A stretch of 61,081 nt of DNA, the filler included, from Nemertoderma westbladi (taxonomy: Eukaryota; Animalia; Xenacoelomorpha): the NCBI GenBank assembly GCA_032718475.1. It is 3 parts of 3 records of this genome, joined end to end, with 100 filler letters (N's around TTAATTAATTAA, not from the genome) between each part and the next. Parts side by side here need not be neighbours in the genome. Positions count along the whole stretch, not along the records: positions 1 to 28,567 come from JAUCBJ010000671.1; 2 more parts are not named here. The stretch is one strand, 5' to 3'. Below the pieces are notes generated by a model. That model was not told the origin of the DNA. It saw nothing but the letters and a program-made list of their open reading frames with translations, and did not search any database. Position numbers and translations under genes: made by a program. Positions 13,501 to 25,690 of the stretch are shown here, piece after piece (positions within the stretch are counted from its first letter, which is position 1; the number at the start of each line of letters is the position of its first letter).

Positions 13501-16500
13501 TGTTATACCAGTATATATAACTATCTGTTTATGATGTAACCGAAGCAGCGGCTGGCATAGCAACTGTAAAACTGTTCTGTGTTAAGTATTTGATCAATCT
13601 CGTGTATATTAATAGCGATAATTATAATAATTGATTCTCGTGTTGTTTATTATTCTTTATTAAACTTTTATGGGGATAAACTTTGGGGTCAATATTCATC
13701 ATACCTTAAAAATATGACTTCATTTAATTTAAAGAAATTTACACTCATTATTAAAAATAATATAAGTTCCCCTTAGATAAGCAAACCAAACTAGTTCTTC
13801 TTTACAGTGAAAAGTACCTCTTTTTCACATACTAAGTAATATAAATTGATCTTAAATATTGCGGGGAGTGGTATTTTTAAATAGAAAGAAGCACTTTAAT
13901 TGGCAATCAAGTACCACTTTATATTTTAATAAGTGCTGCTTAATCTAAAAAGTGCATGTTTTAAATGATTAATCGTACAAATAAAGTACCTATTACAAAT
14001 AAAAGTACCTCTTTTTCACATAATAAGAAATATAAATGCATCTTAAATATACGGGGAGTGGCATTTTTAAATAGAAAGTAGCACTTTAATTGGAAATAAA
14101 GTACCACTTTATATTTTAATAAGTGCTGCTTAATCTAAAAAGTGCATGTTTTAAATGATTATCCCACAAGTAAAGTACATATTACATAGAAAAAGATGAG
14201 CTTTTTTCCTACTAATGAATATAAAAACGTAAATAATATTCAGAAAAGTGTCGTTTTGTAAACAGAAAATCAGTACTAACATTATCAAAAAAGTACCACT
14301 TTTTAGAGTAATTAAAAGTGATCTTTTCTGCTCCTTGAAAAAGTGCCATTTTTATATTGTAATAAAAAGTGACTCTTTTTGCTACTTGAAAAAGTGCCGG
14401 TTTTTCAAAAAAGCGTATCTCGTTTGAGTACTCAAAACCAGATGCACTTTTTTGGAAAATCGGCACTTTTTTATGAAAAAAGTACAACTTCGTTTTTTCA
14501 GTGTAGACATTGGTACAGCAAACAGATACTCTCAAACACTAGACATTGGTACAGCAAACAGATACTCTCAAACACTATAGACATTGGTACAGCAAACAGA
14601 TACTCTCAAACACTATAGATATTGGTAAAGCAAACAGATACTCTCAAACACTATAGATATTGGTAAACCAAACAGATACTCTCAAACACTATAGACATTG
14701 GTAAAGCAAACAGATACTCTCAAACACTAGACATTGGTACAGCAAACAGATACTCTCAAACACTATAGATATTGGTAAAGCAAACAGATACTCTCAAACA
14801 CTAGACATTGGTACAGCAAACAGATACTCTCAAACACTATAGACATTGGTACAGCAAACAGATACTCTCAAACACTATAGATATTGGTAAAGCAAACAGA
14901 TACTCTCAAACACTAGACATTGGTACAGCAAACAGATACTCTAAAACACTAGACATTGGTACAGCAAACAGATACTCTCAAACACTAGACATTGGTACAG
15001 CAAACAGATACTCTCAAACACTATAGATATTGGTAAAGCAAACAGATTCTCTCAAACACTATAGACATTGGTACAGCAAACAGATACTCTCAAACACTAT
15101 AGATATTGGTAAAGCAAACAGATACTCTCAAACACTATAGACATTGGTACAGCAAACAGATACTCTCAAACACTATAGATATTGGTACATCAAACAGATA
15201 CTCTCAAACACTAGACATTGGTACAGCAAACAGATACTCTCAAACACTATAGATATTGGTAAAGCAAACAGATACTCTCAAACACTAGACATTGGTACAG
15301 CAAACAGATACTCTCAAACACTAGACATTGGTACAGCAAACAGATACTCTCAAACACTATAGATATTGGTAAAGCAAACAGATACTCTCAAACACTAGAC
15401 ATTGGTACAGCAAACAGATACTCTAAAACACTAGACATTGGTACAGCAAACAGATACTCTCAAACACTAGACATTGGTACAGCAAACAGATACTCTCAAA
15501 CACTATAGATATTGGTAAAGCAAACAGATACTCTCAAACACTATAGATATTGGTAAACCAAACAGATACTCTCAAACACTTAGACATTGGTACAGCAAAC
15601 AGATACTCTAAAACACTAGACATTGGTACAGCAAACAGATACTCTCAAACACTAGACATTGGTACAGCAAACAGATACTCTCAAACACTAGACATTGGTA
15701 CAGCAAACAGATACTCTCAAACACTAGACATTGGTACAGCAAACAGATACTCTCAAACACTATAGATATTGGTACAGCAAACAGATACTCTCAAACACTA
15801 TAGATATTGGTAAAGCAAACAGATACTCTCAAACACTATAGATATTGGTAAAGCAAACAGATACTCTCAAACACTAGACATTGGTACAGCAAACAGATAC
15901 TCTCAAACACTATAGATATTGGTACAGCAAACAGATACTCTCAAACACTATAGATATTGGTAAAGCAAACAGATACTCTCAAACACTAGACATTGGTACA
16001 GCAAACATATACTCTCAAACACTATATAGATATGGTAAAGCAAACAGATTCTCTCAAACACTAGACATTGGTACAGCAAACATATACTCTCAAACACTAT
16101 AGATATTGGTACATCAAACAGATACTCAGAAAAACTAGACATTGGTACAGCAAACAGACACTCACAAAAACTACACATTGGTACAGCAAACAGACACTCA
16201 CAAAAACTACACATTGGTACAGCAAACAGATACTCAGAAAAACTAGACATTGGTACAGCAAACAGATACTCAGAAAAACTAGACATTGGTACAGCAAACA
16301 GACACTCACAAAAACTACACATTGGTACAGCAAACAGATACTCAGAAAAACTAGACATTGGTACAGCAAACAGACACTCACAAAAACTACACATTGGTAC
16401 AGCAAACAGACACTCACAAAAACTACACATTGGTGCAGCAAACAGACACTCACAAAAACTACACATTGGTACAGCAAACAGACACTCACAAAAACTACAC

Positions 16501-19500
16501 ATTGGTACAGCAAACAGATACTCACATGAACTACGGACAGCGGTACAGCGTATCGATCGTCGATAGACCGTTGATGCGACTCGGGAATCAGTTCATTACC
16601 GTTATCTACTCTAGTAGTCCCTGTGGACTCGAAAGGTTTTACGTGAGCTAACAACTTGCTCCCCTTAGATCGGGCGCTCCAAACTTCCTCTCTGTTTGAT
16701 TCTGAAAGAGTATAAAGTATATAGGAGAACAGTGTCGGATGAGTAAACATTTATTGTGAGGGATAATCAAAATAATACTATTTAGAGAGAAGCTTATTTA
16801 GGTAGTCGAGAGACGAGACCCTAATAAAGAAATTAATTTTTAGTTGTTTTCCCCGCTAACTCAATACCGTTGACTTCATGTTCTCTTAGGGGCTCTGTAT
16901 TTTGGAGCCAAAACATGCTATCATGGTAAATATCAACAATGTGTTTATGTTATCATCGAACATTCCAAAAATAATCAAAGATATGGAATATATACTTTAT
17001 AATATGATATTATTGTCAAGATTGTTTTATGTAAAAAATTTGTACATAAAACAATCATTTGTAAGGCAATGAATAAAAAAGTTCATGTGATGTTTTTGGC
17101 CTATAACATGCGGAAATGTAACACCCCAAAATTAAACACTAATAATCTATGTTTAATTAGGAAGTAATAAATTTGTACATATTTACAAAAAATACATTAT
17201 ATAATACATAATTATTATATATATTGATAGTGTATGTACCGTGGTGTAGTTAGTATCAGTGACGTCACTACATACCTTTAACGAGCTCCTGGGATTTCAA
17301 TCTTTCTATATCCATGTTGCTTCTCTTTAGTTTGGCTGCCAAATCTTCATTGACGAGATTCACTTCATCCAGTCGTTGTTTCAACAGATCCCTTTCGGAT
17401 TCGGCAGCGGTCGCCACTTTCCTTAGAGCCGTCGACTCCTCACAAGCGGCCGTTATCTGTTGTCGCATAGGCTCGATCATTCTAGAACGTTCCCGCAACC
17501 AATCCTGCTCCTTAGCGGCGAACTGAAGTTTCTCTTCGCGCAGGACTTTGAGATCAAACCCTTGAGCCTCGACTTTGAGACGGAGTTTCCTCGTTTCCTC
17601 TTGTAATCCGACGAGCAATTCCGCGGACTCGTTCACCGGAACCGGGGGTGGGCTCCCGACGAAGTCGACGACGCTCGGAGTGCTGCCGGAGGAGGCCGAT
17701 CGAACGATCCTCTCTAACTCCGCCGACAACTCACTGATTCTCTTCTCCAATTCTCCGACTAATCGGTCCGATTCGAGTTTAACCGATTTCATCGCGGCTT
17801 TTAAATCCTCGTTTTCGTCGATTAGCGAGGACATCTGCAACGAGAGCTGCAGAGTGTCATCCATACCTCCAACAGACGACAATCGCACCGATTTCGATTT
17901 CAGTCCCTCCACCGATTCCTCCAAATCCGCTATCACCTTCCTCATATTTTCGCATTCCCTTTCGGATTCATCCAAGCTCGATTGTTTTCGGTTGCTAAGT
18001 AACGTATGCTCTCGGACCTGGTGTTGAAGACGCGCGTTTTCTCGATGTACAGAACTCCATTGTTCTCGTGAAGGTGGGTATAACTGCGTGGGTGTGTCCT
18101 CTAACAAACCCAGCCCAGTCTGGTTTGGATAGACCTCATCTTCCGCTGATGTTCTAGAATTAAACAATTATAAGCAGTTAAAACTTAAATAAAATTATAC
18201 CAATACCAATTTACCAATACGAAGTACATTTACATACTACAGTAACCAATTCAGTAACCAATACAGTAACCAATATAATGTATTCGAAAATATGTGCATT
18301 ACACTCTGAAGCTGAACCCATACCATTGACGACTAGGAACGTAAAATAAACATTTTTTCATACAATTGAAGGCCAAACATATACGTCACTGAACACACTC
18401 ACTTAAATTTGAAACACATGTGATACACATGGTAGTTTAGTTTTAATTTTGGATATCTTTATTAATATCATTAAACACAATTATCATGAATGCGTTATAC
18501 ATTAAAAACACACTTGGACATCCCCCCCCCCCTTCCCCATCCTGTTGTTACTCAATGCCGGTTGAGTTTGTAACCTAACATACCTGTAGCGTCTCCTCTG
18601 GTAGAATAAACCCTTGTAACAACACAATGACATATTAATAATATTTTCAAATATAATGGAAAGATGGTTTGAGGCAACTGGTTGGTTGTTATCTAAACAC
18701 TCATGTAAAACAATAATTTTATTTCACAAAATATCCTGATTTATTTATAACTTTTTATATAAGGTTTTGGGAATAATCATTAGACTTTTTCCTCCAACCA
18801 ACTTTTTTTCCTAAAAATAGTGGATTGTTACCTTGAAATTAGTATTTATTTTCTTAATGACGACTGTACGACGAAATTAATTTCTTGTTATTTTTTTTAC
18901 ATTTTGACTTTGACTCGGTAGTGTGACCGCGGCCTAACTGGTGCAATATCGACGGAGACACTTTTTTCAAACGCTTATAGCTAAAGAATGAAGACGCAAA
19001 TATAAATTCTGGCTCACCCAGTATGGGGAGGGGAGGGCAGATAAGGAGGGAGATGAACCAATCTCTATTTCGGGTGTAAACGTTACGCCAACAGCCGACA
19101 ACCAACAGCAGACAACCGACAGAAGACAACCGACAGAAGAAAACCGATAGCAGACAACCGACTGCAGACAACCGACAGCAGACACCAGACAGCAGACAAC
19201 CAACAGCAGACAACCGACAGCAGACAATCGACAACAGACAACCGACAGAGAGACAACCAACAGCAGACAACCGACAGCAGACAACCGATAGCAGTTCATT
19301 CGTTATGGTTAGATAAATTATATGGGCCATGGGGCCACAATTGTTCAAGATTATATTTTATACAGCACAATAGTTCAGTAGAAACCTGTAAGCCTACAAT
19401 ATATTAAAATAATCGATTTGATTTTTGTTTTAAAAAGGGATAAGGTAATATTAGTCATTCCAGCTGCCAGCAGTGAGGTTTTATTGTCGTGTCGGCCTAC

Positions 19501-22500
19501 CGTAGTTAAAGACAGAAACTCAAAAGACTTTATTTAGTCTGTGGGTTTCATGCATGAAACCAAACTATTTTTGACATCAGAAATTTTCAAAAAACAAGCA
19601 ATTGGGCTCTTTTTGGTGATCAAAAACCTAAAAACCTAGTTTTGGGCTTTTTTAAAATTTTAGGTTTTTGACAAAAATCGACAAAAACCTAGATTTACAA
19701 AAACCTACTTTGCCAGCCCTGGGTGAACAGTAGATTTTGTGAAATAAAATTACCTTTTACATTAAAAAACTAATATCGTAAACCTTTATGATCTCAAGAA
19801 AGAATGTAATTAAATTATACGGTCAGCGAGTAAAAAGTCTTAATTAGTTATTAAAGCAACGGCTATAGATTCTTGTTAAAAATGTATGTAAAGTCACGCT
19901 GTGTGAAGTGGGAGTTTTATAGGGGGCGGCTTCTACATACAATAATGTAAGGGCCTTCCTTTGGTTATAATAGTTCGTTAGGATCTAAGGTTTAGGCATG
20001 TTCAACATGCCATACCAATTGACAAGGAAGGGTTTTTGATAGAAGTTAAAGATGTTCACCACGGCACACAAAATGAGTCACCTTATTTGGTATTGAAGTA
20101 GCGCTGGGTTTGGGGAATGTATGTGATTCCATTAAAAGCGGAATGAGGGCCGTTTAAATTCAATAGACGGAGGTATTCAATGATTCAATGACTCATTTAC
20201 GGACCTGCCTTAATACTTATAGTCTTGGGGATTAAATATTTAATTTAATTTGTAATAACGGCCGTTCGATAGGAGATTAGATGAGACGCTCTATGACTAT
20301 GAACAATAAAATGTCGGCCCAAATATTTCCTCCTCAGTAAAACCGAGTAAAAGAGATAATTGTATAAATTACATATCATAATTAATAATATCAACTGGTA
20401 TTTATAATTCACTCACCTCCTTTGATTATCGACAATATTATTAGCCTCATCATTTACACCTGTGTGGGTGGATTCCTATAAATGTCGCAGAAATAATTTA
20501 ATGTTTAATATATATAAATATATAACAATCTATTTACATATTACATATAAACACTTTTCAGCGTGTATGACCCTTGCTTGTATATTTATGTAAACGTCCA
20601 ACGTCCCTCGCGTGATACTTTTCACGCATTGATGTAAATAATTATACTATTGCCACACGGTTGTAAACACGCCTACACCTTCATTATACAGGTACGTGTA
20701 GGTATAGGCGTAGGTGTAGGTATAGGTTTAGGCGTAGGTGTAGGTATAGGCGTAGGTGTAGGTTTAGCGTCATAACACACCTTGAAATTCGTACTTTTAT
20801 TCGAAACTTGAAACATTACTTAATATATGTAAAGGTACTACTGAAGCTAATACTAAACGAAGTATTCTAGAAAGTGATTTTATAACAAGGTGTTCTAGAA
20901 AGTGATTTTATAACAAGGTGTTCTAGAAAGTGATTTTATAACGAGATGTTCTAGAAAGTGATTTTATAACGAAGTATTCTAGAAAGTGATTTTATAACGA
21001 AGTATTCTAGAAAGTGATTTTATAACAAGGTGTTCTAGAAAGTGATTTTATAACGAGATATTCTAGAAAGTGATTTTATAACGAGATGTTCTAGAAACAG
21101 ATTACCTGGTTGTTTGCCGGAGAGTTATTTGTGATTTCTGCGTCTCCACCAGTTGTATCGGCGCCACAAGGGGGAGATTCACTCCTCGCAACTTCGTTGC
21201 CAGAAACCAGGTTGAGAGGCGCGTCTTTAGGCATCGACCCTAGTCTGCGGAGACGACGTCTATTTGGTTTCGAACCCGTTTTCTCAACATTATTTTTGGG
21301 GGAACCAAAAGAGCGATCCTCAACCATTAATACATGTTGTGTCTACGGATCAACAATTATAATCACTATAATAATTGAAAAATCTTAAACAAATAATATT
21401 TCTTAAAAGTTTTATATAATAAATTGATAACAAGTTCATGCCTACGACACGATATGATGCTAGGCCTACTCCACGTGTTACGCAAAGTCCTTACAAACAT
21501 TGAAGGATGTTGAACTTTTGAGCCTTTGTAAATATAATTGATACATTAACATAGCACCCCATGTATATATTGCTGTACAATACAAACATGTGCGCAGTCG
21601 AGAACAAATATTACTGAATAAGAGAGTAAACAGGGCGACTGGGTCGTGCGACTTCTTCACAATATGGGGCAATCTAAATAGACAGTCGTGATTGTCAGCC
21701 ACTTTGTGGTCTTTCATGAACACACAAGCAGATAAAATGTCAATAGTGTGAAAATGTGAAATGGTGGTATCGGAAACGCAATAAATCGTTAAGGAGTTTA
21801 ACTCTGTTAATCACACACCCTTCAACAAATGGCTTTATACAATATTATTTGATTCAGAGATAAGCAGCAAACTAACAAACTTCACCAGCCTAGCCTACCA
21901 ACCAACCCCGGCTATAATCACACCAGCTAACCTCACAATCTGTCGATATTTCTGTCTCCACACAGATAACTTCGGTCAGGGCAGCGGTGTTAGTCGATAC
22001 GGTGGAGTCATTGACGGAGCCTTTGGAAAAAGTAAATAAAAATGTTTATTATTATATTTAATCAATAATATAAATATGGCAGAAATGCGGGGGCGGGGCA
22101 CCCAGCACAATACGGTAGGCTGGCTTCCTGGCTTAGATCTGAGACATGTGTGATGGACTCTACCAACGAAACCACAAGATGTGTAGGGTAGGTCCTATCG
22201 CGATAACCTGACACATCATAAATAAAATATATATAAAAAATAATCGATATCGATATGACCTTGTCCCAAAGGACCTGCCAGTTAAGTGAGAGGGATGTGG
22301 ATGGAGGCCCATTCTCCACATCCCACATTCTGATTTACAAGTCTGGCGGTCTGGTGACCAACCGCCAGCCAATCTGATGCCGCCGGGGACCTATCAATAG
22401 CTGACGCAGGGATAATGGATATCGCGTTAATCAACGGCGCTGCATCACCTTGTATGTAAAAACCATCCGCTCTACCAAGTGAAACATCGAGGAGAGGGGC

Positions 22501-24768
22501 CGCCTAAATGGGCGACACCATCAGAAGTTTGCGGAGGTTGTCCTGGTGGTGGCTGGTATGTCCAGATGACTAGATTCAAATTATCAATCCTCAGTAGTGT
22601 CCGGGGTGGCCGGCGCCCTTGGAGAGATTTTGGGTTTTGGCAATGGTGCTGGTTTGCGTAGCAAAATTCAATTTCAATAATTATTTATTGATCAAAAACT
22701 CACGATACATTTTAGATAGATAAAATATAGTAATTTATTACAAGAATATTAATAATTTATCGGTCAATACGCAATACCCGACCCAAAAATACCGTAAAAC
22801 TAACAATACCCGACCCAAAAATACCGTAAAACTAACAATACCACAGCGCACAGAACAAGTGGACTAACCGCACGTTTGTGCCAGTATAGTAAATGTGACA
22901 GTAGAACAAGTGTTTACGCAGCACTCATGTGCATGTACTGTTGTAGCACAAGTGCCCCGCCCCCAGCAAAAGTGTACCCACAAGCACAGCACAATTGTAA
23001 GAGGGTCACAAATGTGCCCGAAGAACAAGTGTGTCCACTCCACAAGTGATCCGCATTGCAAGTGTGGCAATAAGACGAGTATTCCACAGGACAAGTTTGC
23101 CAAAATCACAAATGTGCCTCCAGCAGAAGTGTGCAACCCGCTCAAGTATGTCCTTCGCACAATTTTGCCCATAGAGAATTGTTCGAAGCACGAGTGTAAC
23201 TTTGCGACAGCGCAGCGGTCGCCTTTTTCCCATGACCAATAAATTATAATTTAGGTTAGATTGGCCAACGTCTAACCTTTGCAAAGTATAGATTTCCATA
23301 ATATTATTTATTACCTGACTCTGGTGTTTCCTGATTATCACATTTTACACGACTTTCTTCGGATTCTCTTAGCTCTCTGAGTCTGTTTTCGGATTTTCGT
23401 AACTTTAGCGCCGCTGTTCTAAAGTCTCGTCTTGTTCTCTGAAGATCCTTTTCCAGCTCCCTATTAACATATAATGGGAAATAATTAATGTATGAACCTC
23501 TCTAACTTTAGATGTATTTCTTAGTCTGTAAGAGTCCTTCCTATAAGGTATCAAGTAGAACATGTTTTACAAATTTCTAAAAAATACTGAATTCATCTAT
23601 TGAAAAGTAACATATTAAACTAAATTCCATATTTGTAGGCTGAGTATCTACGAATCTATAGTCATAGAGGTCTGACACCAAATATATATATCTGCGTGAT
23701 ACACCGAAGGTATAGATTTTTTTCTGAAAATTTGTTCTGACTGTAGAAAGTGAACCAGATCACTAGGTTTTACTTAGGTCCAATGGCCCAAATACGCATT
23801 GCCTGTTGTCAAAACCCTGAAAATTTGTCGCGACCTTCGATGGTGCCTCAGAATTAAATTATCGGTCATTTTTAAAACGTTCTAAGCTTTTGTCTACTAA
23901 AACGCATAAGAAATTTATACAGAGCCGTTGCAAGATACCGAACGTCGGAGGCGGATGGGTAGGCAGAAAGTGCTCCCATCACAGATCACATATATCGACC
24001 CATACTACGCCACTAGGATGCAAAACAGTAAATCCCAAATTCTACTGCATTATTATGTTTCATCACACCGACCGGCTACCGTAGGGGTGGCCGTCATGCC
24101 TGCAGTGCTACGGGGTAGAGCTGTTTTTTCACAAGAAGATGTTTCCGAGGCTGTATATAAATCGCATCTCAAGTGGTAATTATATCAAATAGCGTTCTAA
24201 GCGAAAGGTCTGGCATTAGAGCCCCAGAAAGGGAAGGTCCTGTTTTCGTTAAGCTGTTAACTCTAAGCAAGGCGATCTGTAAGAAACTAGCTTCAGACCA
24301 CCCAGCTGTTATGGGGACCTGGCATAGGCTGTGGAGTTTAATGTTACAGATAACAGCCAGGAGAGAGGAAGGATAATTGGGTTTATATAATTGGGATAAT
24401 TGTGATTCGGAATTTGGTTAGTTTCACGTTCACCAATATATATTAATAATACCAAATAACTTCGCTTTTATTTTTATTGGCCTATTAAATTATACGGAAT
24501 TGCATCTACTTTACTTATTTTCCAGTTTGTACCGATGTAGTCCTACTTCTATCTATGAACTAGCTTTCAGTTACCTGTATTGGTTTTCGTCATTCTCTCT
24601 GAATCTATTTTCTGTCTCCAACAAAAGTGTTTTTAAATCCTTCACCTGAGATCTCAGTTTAATGTTCTCACCATTGCAACATTCTAATCGTTCGGTAAGA
24701 GTTTGTATTTCCCGCGCGTTTGGGTCTTTATCCCCATTGGGTGAATGACATTCATCACCCCCTCCCAT
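4537..24768 (-). CDS. Large coiled-coil protein (~984 aa), ~14 coding exons; family not recognised
   Basis: Manually assembled, phase-consistent GT-AG exon chain on the minus strand: 24768-24575, 23460-23315, 22020-21932, 21342-21106, 20475-20417, 18153-17276, 16701-16526, 8776-8592, 7753-7633, 7291-7172, 6990-6790 (less sure), 6442-6251, 5442-5243 and 4693-4537. Much of it is E/K/L/R-rich heptad sequence. The 3' end is uncertain: a donor at 4585 could instead join 4212-4045. Confidence 0.7.
5480..5780 (+). mobile_element. Pao/BEL LTR-retrotransposon pol fragment (RNase H region)
   Basis: Translates [10 protein letters not shown]...[12 protein letters not shown]...FVTNRVAII...[18 protein letters not shown], matching the BEL/Pao motifs IPRLEL, WTDS, FVxNRV and NPADxxSRG. 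Intronic and antisense to the host gene. Confidence 0.9.
5996..6122. repeat. (CCGGCT)n hexamer microsatellite
   Basis: Direct reading; source of the PAPAPA/RSRS/GAGA ORFs. Confidence 0.9.
10846..14503 (+). mobile_element. CACTG-ended (CMC/EnSpm-like) non-autonomous DNA transposon, 3658 bp
   Basis: TIRs CACTGAAAAAA / TTTTTTCAGTG. Removing the element and one TA restores the satellite unit aaacacTAgacattgg, so the TSD is 2-bp TA. Many subterminal AAAAGT(A/G)C motifs and a ~190-bp direct duplication (13811/14001). No transposase ORF seen. Confidence 0.88.
11684..13012 (+). pseudogene. Transposon-borne decayed gene: double zinc ribbon - helical middle region - acidic linker - PWWP domain
   Basis: ATG 11684 gives MSRCCG...FSFCPHSG...[23 protein letters not shown] (stop at 11804), in frame with ORF 11846-12487. 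There is a frameshift near 12460-12480 and a stop at 12538. It then reads [17 protein letters not shown] and, after a frameshift near 12790, [28 protein letters not shown]...FAAALENIE, which are PWWP hallmarks. Confidence 0.75.
19091..19293. repeat. 14-bp minisatellite (cagcagacaaccga)n
   Basis: Direct reading, ~14 degenerate copies. Confidence 0.9.
20690..20766. repeat. (TAGGYR)n hexamer microsatellite
   Basis: gtaggtataggcgtaggtgtaggt... Confidence 0.85.
20858..21097. repeat. 28-bp tandem repeat, ~8.5 copies, starting ~8 nt inside the intron after the donor at 21105
   Basis: Unit ttctagaaagtgattttataacaaggtg, period 28 (20865, 20893 ... 21089). Confidence 0.95.
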
Positions 24769-25084
24769 CGGCTAATTAAGTTATTTTGCGATTAAACATA
24801 ATTTATAACAATTTTAAAAATTATCAGAAACTATTTATAACGTTATTAATATTACTCACTGCATATAATATGCAGATGCACTGGCACTGTAGTTTTATAA
24901 TTACAGAATGCTAATTCGCCTTCCAACCTTAATTAATAGCCATCCCATTTCCAACTTTGATATGAATAGTCTATCCAAACTGACATTGGAAGAGAAAGAT
25001 AAATATAATCCTAAATCGATCCTAATTATGGCTATCGATTGGGGTCACTACAAAACAAAGACCAAAGACCCAAATAATAAAGAC

Positions 25085-25690
25085 CTGGCAAAGTAGACTG
25101 ATAAAGTAGACTGGTAAAGTAGACTGGTAAAGTAGACTGGCAAAGTAGACTGATAAATTAGACTGGTAAAGTAGACTGGTGAAGTAGACTGGTAAAGTAG
25201 ACTGGTAAAGTAGACTGGTAAAGTAGACTGGTAAAGTAGACTGGTAAAGTAGACTGGTAAAGTAGACTGGTAAAGTAGACTGGTAAAGTAGACTGGTAAA
25301 GTAGACTGGTAAAGTAGACTGGTATAGTAGACTGGTATAGTAAACTGGTAAAGTAGACTGGTAAAGTAGACTGGTAAAGTAGACTGGTAAATTAGACTGG
25401 TAAAGTAGACTGGTAAAGTAGACTGGTAAAGTAGACTGGTAAAGTAGACTGGTAAAGCAGACTGGTAAAGCAGACTGGTAAAGTAGACTGGTAAAGTAGA
25501 CTGGTAAAGTAGACTGGTAAAGTAGACTGGTAAAGTAGACTGGTAAAGTCGACTGGTAAAGTAGACTGGTAAAGTAGACTGGTAAAGTAGACTAGTAAAG
25601 TAGACTGGTAAAGTAGACTAGTAAAGTAGACTGGTAAAGTAGACTGGTAAAGTAGACTGGTAAAGTAGACTGGTAAAGTAGACTGGTAAA
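25085..25690. repeat. 14-bp minisatellite (aaagtagactggta)n, ~43 copies
   Basis: Direct reading. Confidence 0.97.

Larger units (their letters stand above)
8819..16549. repeat. 36/38-bp intronic satellite (~110 units in two ~2-kb arms), derived from the exon end + 5' splice site at 16526/16525 and split by a transposon
   Basis: Units cagatactctcaaacactagacattggtacagcaaa (36 bp) and ...cactatagatattgg... (38 bp). Arms are 8819-10845 and 14504-16525. On the minus strand the first unit reads gctgtaccgctgtccgtagttcat|GTGAGTatctgtttgctgtacc. Confidence 0.95.

Noticed and set aside
9353-16529. Many 70-217-aa ORFs (CLLYQC/HWYSKQ repeats)
   Set aside because: Products of the 36-bp satellite; only 16701-16526 is supported as an exon.
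17575-18027. Plus-strand ORFs overlapping real exons (also 6734-6982 and 21110-21388; minus-strand 51827-52402 and 55759-56106)
   Set aside because: Antisense shadows of coding sequence with no independent motifs.
18584-18597. 14-nt micro-exon (ag|AGGAGACGCTACAG|gtatg) in the coiled-coil gene
   Set aside because: Including it between 20417 and 18153 breaks the frame; the flanking exons already join in phase 2.
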